From assembly GCA_963753345.1 (NCBI GenBank), contig CAVWBU010000027.1, positions 287,624 through 351,623 of the forward strand: 64,000 nucleotides of DNA, written 5' to 3'. The notes beneath the pieces were generated by a model. The model was not told where the DNA came from. It worked only from the letters and a program-made list of their open reading frames with translations, and searched no databases. This document shows positions 59,955 to 64,000 of this stretch, one piece after another (position 1 is the stretch's first letter; every line of letters starts with the position of its first letter). Both the position numbers and the translations under genes were made by a program. This DNA comes from an uncultured Fibrobacterota bacterium (GTDB taxonomy: Bacteria; Fibrobacterota; Chitinivibrionia; Chitinivibrionales; FEN-1185).

Positions 59955-60428
59955 TCAATTAATGTTCTTTCTCTTCTTCCCCGGCATCTTTGACAAAAGC
60001 ATTCTCTTTATCCAGAACGTGCCGGTGGCTTTCACCGAAACGTCGTTGTAGGCGCACGAGGCGGTTACCGTTCCCTGCGAATTGAAGGGAATGTTGATGA
60101 TGTACACGAGAATTTTCCCGTCCTTGCCTGTGGTGAAGCAGCTTTCGTCGGACGACGAAGAATCGACCTCATTCTCGACGTCGGGCAGCTTGCAGGAGAA
60201 ATTGCCGCAGGTGGAGGAGAGTTCTATCCGCTGGTTCGGGATCGGGGCTCCCCCCTTGTAACGAAGGAACGCTTCCACCTTTCCGTGACCGGTTTGGTCG
60301 AAGGAATCCGAGGGGTAAACGAAGGTTTTGACGGAAAGGGATATCGCCAGCCCGGCGTGACTGTCCTGCGCGCACACGCCGGTGAACATCAGCAATGCAC
60401 ATGCGCTAACCAAGGCGGTCGGTCTCAT
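59955..60428 (-). CDS. small secreted protein, Ig-like beta-sandwich suspected
   Basis: Signal peptide MRPTALVSACALLMFTGVCAQ. Beta-strand-rich, 157 aa. Confidence 0.55.
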   Translation of the reverse strand: MRPTALVSACALLMFTGVCAQDSHAGLAISLSVKTFVYPSDSFDQTGHGKVEAFLRYKGGAPIPNQRIELSSTCGNFSCKLPDVENEVDSSSSDESCFTTGKDGKILVYIINIPFNSQGTVTASCAYNDVSVKATGTFWIKRMLLSKMPGKKRKNIN

Positions 60429-60452
60429 CGTCCGGTGCGCGCTCCCGCCGTG

Positions 60453-61187
60453 CTACTTTTCAGCCGCGGCAAGTTTCGTTTCGGCGTATTCCCAGTTGAG
60501 CAGGTTGTCGAGCACGGCTTCGACATACTTCTGCCGCTCATTCTGGTAGTCCATGTAATACGCATGTTCCCATACGTCAACGGTGAGCAGGGGAATATAT
60601 CCTTTGAGCAACGGAGAGTCATGATATTCGCACCGGTAGGCCTTTATCGCCTTCCCGTCGAGCACCACCCAGACCCAGCCCACGCCGAGCTGCATGGCTT
60701 CGTCGATGAACTGCTTGCGGAACGCCTGATACGATCCGAACGAGCCGTCGATCATCGAGCCGATCTTCCCCTTCGGCTGCCCGCCCGCCTTCGGCTTGAG
60801 ACTCATCCAGTACCAGTTGTGGTTGTACAGCAGTATCGAGTATTGGAACACCGCTTCCGCAAACCGTATTCCTCCCTGGTTCGCCGCAATAAGCTCCTCG
60901 AGCGTCTGATTTTGAAACTCCGGATGCGCGCCGATCCAGCCCTTCAGCTGGTTGTAGTAACTCATGTGGTGTTTGTTGTAGTGAAGGTCCACCGTACGCG
61001 CCGAAATTGATGGCGCGAGCGCGTCTTGCGCATAAGGCAGCGTCACCATGGAAATCGTTTTCACCGGCGCCGGTTTTGCCGGCTGGGCCGCCGGCGTTTG
61101 CCCGGCGAACAAACTTCCGCCCTGAGAAGCAAGTGCAACGGCTGCCGCGATCTTGACAAAATCTCTTCTGCTCACGTTGTGTTCCAT
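60453..61187 (-). CDS. Fe/Mn superoxide dismutase with twin-arginine (Tat) signal peptide
   Basis: SRRDFVK Tat motif. Metal-ligand contexts HYNKHH and DVWEHAYY. Confidence 0.92.
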   Translation of the reverse strand: MEHNVSRRDFVKIAAAVALASQGGSLFAGQTPAAQPAKPAPVKTISMVTLPYAQDALAPSISARTVDLHYNKHHMSYYNQLKGWIGAHPEFQNQTLEELIAANQGGIRFAEAVFQYSILLYNHNWYWMSLKPKAGGQPKGKIGSMIDGSFGSYQAFRKQFIDEAMQLGVGWVWVVLDGKAIKAYRCEYHDSPLLKGYIPLLTVDVWEHAYYMDYQNERQKYVEAVLDNLLNWEYAETKLAAAEK

Positions 61188-61302
61188 GCTGTTTCCTCTC
61201 TGTTTTCACGGAGCGCCACGCTCCCCAATCCTTCACCGCTGCAGACGGTATAAATATAACTGGTATCACAAAGCAGCGTGCCACCTGTTGTATTTTCCTA
61301 TC

Positions 61303-63063
61303 ATGAAAATCCTCACCGCATCCACGGCCGGGTTCTGCATGGGCGTGCGCCGCGCGGTGGACCTCGCGCTCGAACAGGCCGCCAAGTCGCCGCAAGGTGT
61401 GCTCACGCTTGGCCCGCTCATCCACAACAATCAGACCGTGGAAATGCTCCGCGAGCGCCGCATCGTCGCCATCGACGAATCGAAACAGGTGCCGCCGGAA
61501 TCGACCATTCTCATCAGCGCGCACGGCACGCCGCCCGCGGTACAGAAATCCTGGGAGCCGCGCGGGCATGTGATCGACGGAACATGCCCGAAAGTAAAGA
61601 CCGTGCACAAGGTGATCGAAAAATACAGAGACCAGGGATTCGCGATCGTCATCGCGGGCGACAAGGGCCATTCCGAAGTGGTGGGCCTGCAAGGATACGC
61701 CGGTCAGGCCGGACACCTGATCTGCTCGTCCGAAGACGTTGGCGGTCTGCCCGAATGCAAGAAGATCTGCCTTGTCTCGCAGACGACATTCGACAGCGAA
61801 ACGTTCGATGAAATCGCCGGCCGCATCCGTACGCGATACGGCGAGCAGGCGGAGGTGGTTGTCAAGAAAACGATCTGCTCGGCGACCGACCGGCGCCAGA
61901 GCGAGACGCGCGAACTCGCCGCAAAGGTGGACGCCATGATCGTGGTCGGCGGAAGAAACAGTGCGAACACAAAAAGGCTCGCGGCCATTGCCGGGGAAAC
62001 GGGTAAGCCCGTGCAGTGGGTGGAGACCGAGCTTGACATCGACTGGGACGCAATTGCCGCCTTGGCAACCGTCGGCATCACCGCGGGCGCCTCTACGCCC
62101 AACTGGATGATTAGCCGCATCACCGAGTACCTTACGTACATGGACAGCACTCGTAAAAAAACGGCTGTGAGTTTTCTGCGCTACCTCATAGACCTGTTTT
62201 CCTCGCTCAACATCTTTGTCGCCGCGGGCGCATCGTGCATGTACTATGCGTCATGCATGCTGCAGAAATCCGCGCCCGGCATTGCCGGCGCCGCGGTCGC
62301 CTTCCTTTATTTTCTCTCCATGTACCTGTGGAACAGCCTGGGAAGCATGGAAATGACCCAGCACCTCGGGATCGGACGATACCGGTTCTACCGCAGCAAC
62401 AAACCGCTGCTGTATTCGCTGGTTGCCGCGTGCATGCTGGTGCTTCTCGGCGTGAGCTTTCTGCAAAGCAAAACTCTTTTCTATCTCATGCTGCTCAGCT
62501 CTCTTGCGGGAAGCGTGTACCACATCACCATCGTACCCGGCCCGCTCAGGCGGCTGTTGCGGTACAGCAGGCTTCGGGACGTGCCCATGTCGCGCGACCT
62601 GTTCGTGGCACTTGCCTGGGCCGTGGTGCTCACGCTCATGCCGCATGCGGCCGCGGAAACCCTCAACCTCACGCCGGCCACCGGCCTCGCGTTCGCGCTC
62701 TTGTTCGTGCTCGCGTTCCTCCGCTCGCTCATGTTTGACTTGCGCGACATAGAGGGAGACAGGATCATGGGCCGCGAAACGCTCGTCACCATCATCGGCG
62801 AAGATTATGCCCGCAAGACGATCATGGCCGCCACGGCCGCCGCGTGCGGACTGTGCGCGGTCTCTCCCCTGCTCATGCCGGAGTCCGCGCGCGGAAGGGT
62901 GTATTACATGTTTCTTTTTCAGATGGTGCCGATACTGTACCTTTACATTTTCACACGGCTCAATCGAGGACAAAAATTCGGCAGATCGGTGTTATTCGCG
63001 ATTTTTGCCGACGTGCCGTTTTTTCTTTCGGGGTTTGCGGCTTGGGCGGCGTCGTTTTTATAA
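61303..63063 (+). CDS. ispH: 4-hydroxy-3-methylbut-2-enyl diphosphate reductase (IspH/LytB) fused to a 9-TM UbiA-fold prenyltransferase-like domain
   Basis: All three IspH cluster Cys contexts are present (GFCMGVRRA, DGTCPKV, TICSAT), plus VGGRNSANT, in residues 1-~285. The C-terminal ~300 aa has 9 hydrophobic helices and FDLRDIEGDRIMGRETL (UbiA motif 2). ATG at 61303. Confidence 0.85.
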   Translation: MKILTASTAGFCMGVRRAVDLALEQAAKSPQGVLTLGPLIHNNQTVEMLRERRIVAIDESKQVPPESTILISAHGTPPAVQKSWEPRGHVIDGTCPKVKTVHKVIEKYRDQGFAIVIAGDKGHSEVVGLQGYAGQAGHLICSSEDVGGLPECKKICLVSQTTFDSETFDEIAGRIRTRYGEQAEVVVKKTICSATDRRQSETRELAAKVDAMIVVGGRNSANTKRLAAIAGETGKPVQWVETELDIDWDAIAALATVGITAGASTPNWMISRITEYLTYMDSTRKKTAVSFLRYLIDLFSSLNIFVAAGASCMYYASCMLQKSAPGIAGAAVAFLYFLSMYLWNSLGSMEMTQHLGIGRYRFYRSNKPLLYSLVAACMLVLLGVSFLQSKTLFYLMLLSSLAGSVYHITIVPGPLRRLLRYSRLRDVPMSRDLFVALAWAVVLTLMPHAAAETLNLTPATGLAFALLFVLAFLRSLMFDLRDIEGDRIMGRETLVTIIGEDYARKTIMAATAAACGLCAVSPLLMPESARGRVYYMFLFQMVPILYLYIFTRLNRGQKFGRSVLFAIFADVPFFLSGFAAWAASFL

Positions 63064-63121
63064 TTAGTTTATATCAATAAAATTCACATATTGGTGGGGG
63101 AAGTATCCCCCTCGCTTCAGC

Positions 63122-63168
63122 CCGGCCGCACAGCTTCACAAACCAGGATTTCAAATGTGTGCGGCCGG
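63122..63168. other. 11-bp-stem inverted repeat in the ispH-NYN intergenic region
   Basis: ccggccgcaca (63122-63132) pairs with tgtgcggccgg (63158-63168), leaving a 25-nt loop. Confidence 0.5.
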
Positions 63169-63288
63169 CCCTCCGCTACCCCCTCCTGGGTGCACCCCGA
63201 GAGGGAACAGTGGCAAGAATCAAGCAGATGTGTGGGGGCACCCGAGGAGAGCGATGGTATAGGCGCAATAGCGGGATAGGGAGCAAAA

Positions 63289-63789
63289 ATGGAAAAAGTA
63301 AATTTTGCATTCATTGATGGTCAAAACCTGAATCTTGGAATTCAACGCCTTGGTTGGAAACTGGATCTAAAAAGGTTCCGTATATATTTGAAAGAAAAAT
63401 ATGGGATTTCAAAAGCTTACTATTTTATTGGCTATCTCCCTGAAAACCAAAATCTTTATAAATCCCTTCAGGAATTCGGATACGTTTTGATTTTCAAGCC
63501 TACAATGAAAACCCCTGACGGGAAAATCAAAGGGAACTGTGATGCCGAACTTGTTCTTCAGGCTATGATTGATTTTCCACATTATGACAAAGCCGTAATT
63601 GTGACCAGTGACGGAGATTTCAGTTGTTTAGTTGAATATTTCTATAGACAAAACAAACTGGAAGTAATCTTGTCTCCCGGCAGGGAGCACTGCTCAAGCT
63701 TGCTAAGAAAAGCGGGGAGAGAAAAGATTCAATTTTTGGACGATTTGAGGAATAAACTCGAGTTTCTAAAAGAAAAAGCACCGCTATAG
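63289..63789 (+). CDS. NYN-domain (LabA/PIN-like) putative ribonuclease
   Basis: 166 aa. FIDGQNL N-terminal motif and VTSDGDF acidic motif. Markedly more AT-rich than the upstream gene. Confidence 0.8.
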   Translation: MEKVNFAFIDGQNLNLGIQRLGWKLDLKRFRIYLKEKYGISKAYYFIGYLPENQNLYKSLQEFGYVLIFKPTMKTPDGKIKGNCDAELVLQAMIDFPHYDKAVIVTSDGDFSCLVEYFYRQNKLEVILSPGREHCSSLLRKAGREKIQFLDDLRNKLEFLKEKAPL

Positions 63790-63803
63790 GACGAAACCTA
63801 TAG
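63784..63803 (+). terminator. possible terminator hairpin overlapping the NYN stop codon
   Basis: ctatagg/cctatag, a 7-bp stem with a 6-nt loop. A TTTT run follows only after 10 nt. Weak call. Confidence 0.3.
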
Positions 63804-64000
63804 AAGTGCCTTTTCATCGTAATCTTACTTTTAATATACGCCTTTCTTCGCCAAAATTCAAGCTCTTTCATTGCCATTGATGTCCTGAGTCAGCAACAAT
63901 GCACAACAGCCACGTTACGCAAGGCCCTTCGGGCACATGGCCAGCGTTTGAATAAGACGTGTCATGTCGCTTTGCTCCGTCACGTTTTCTAACGCTGGCC

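Noticed and set aside
63262-63275. The 14-mer cgcaatagcgggat is shared with positions 10-23 at the other end of the window. This could suggest terminal repeats.
   Set aside because: By my estimate, several chance 14-mer matches are expected among about 2e9 position pairs in 64 kb. Flanking sequence shows no extended similarity.

Overview
64-kb chromosomal window from a diderm bacterium. Evidence for diderm: a TolC/MFP/RND efflux set, many lipobox lipoproteins, and a beta-barrel protein ending in Phe. I cannot assign a taxon from sequence alone. Most of the window is GC-rich (hand counts of 40/60 and 48/60 G+C on single 60-nt lines). An AT-rich block lies at about 5.0-17.6 kb (20/60 and 24/60).

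Content, left to right:
- yraN, a Hanks kinase, an FHA-FHA-ABC transporter and gmk.
- The AT-rich block: two B12-radical-SAM genes, a decayed 5.2-kb kinase-AAA-TPR-GAF-histidine-kinase gene, an ALS-like ThDP enzyme, a decayed acyl-AMP ligase and an ACP.
- A cyanobacterial-type acyl-ACP-reductase homologue and an SRPBCC-PilZ-PilZ protein.
- A bioC-bioD-bioA-bioF-bioG operon.
- A lipoprotein/beta-barrel trio.
- An ArnA-like/GT2/SDR plus MBOAT/AlgJ-like glycan-modification locus.
- A PD40 protein, an AmpG-like MFS transporter and a kinase-PEGA protein.
- TetR-TolC-MFP-RND followed by a third B12-rSAM gene.
- LysM murein hydrolases and a coiled-coil PEGA protein.
- A Tat-exported SOD, an IspH-UbiA-fold fusion and a NYN gene.

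I found no rRNA, tRNA, CRISPR array, transposase or integrase. About 30 frame disruptions are present and they cluster in roughly ten genes.

Best candidates for something undescribed: the ACP / acyl-ACP-reductase-like / ThDP / rSAM cluster headed by a c-di-GMP-receptor fusion, and the IspH-prenyltransferase-fold fusion.
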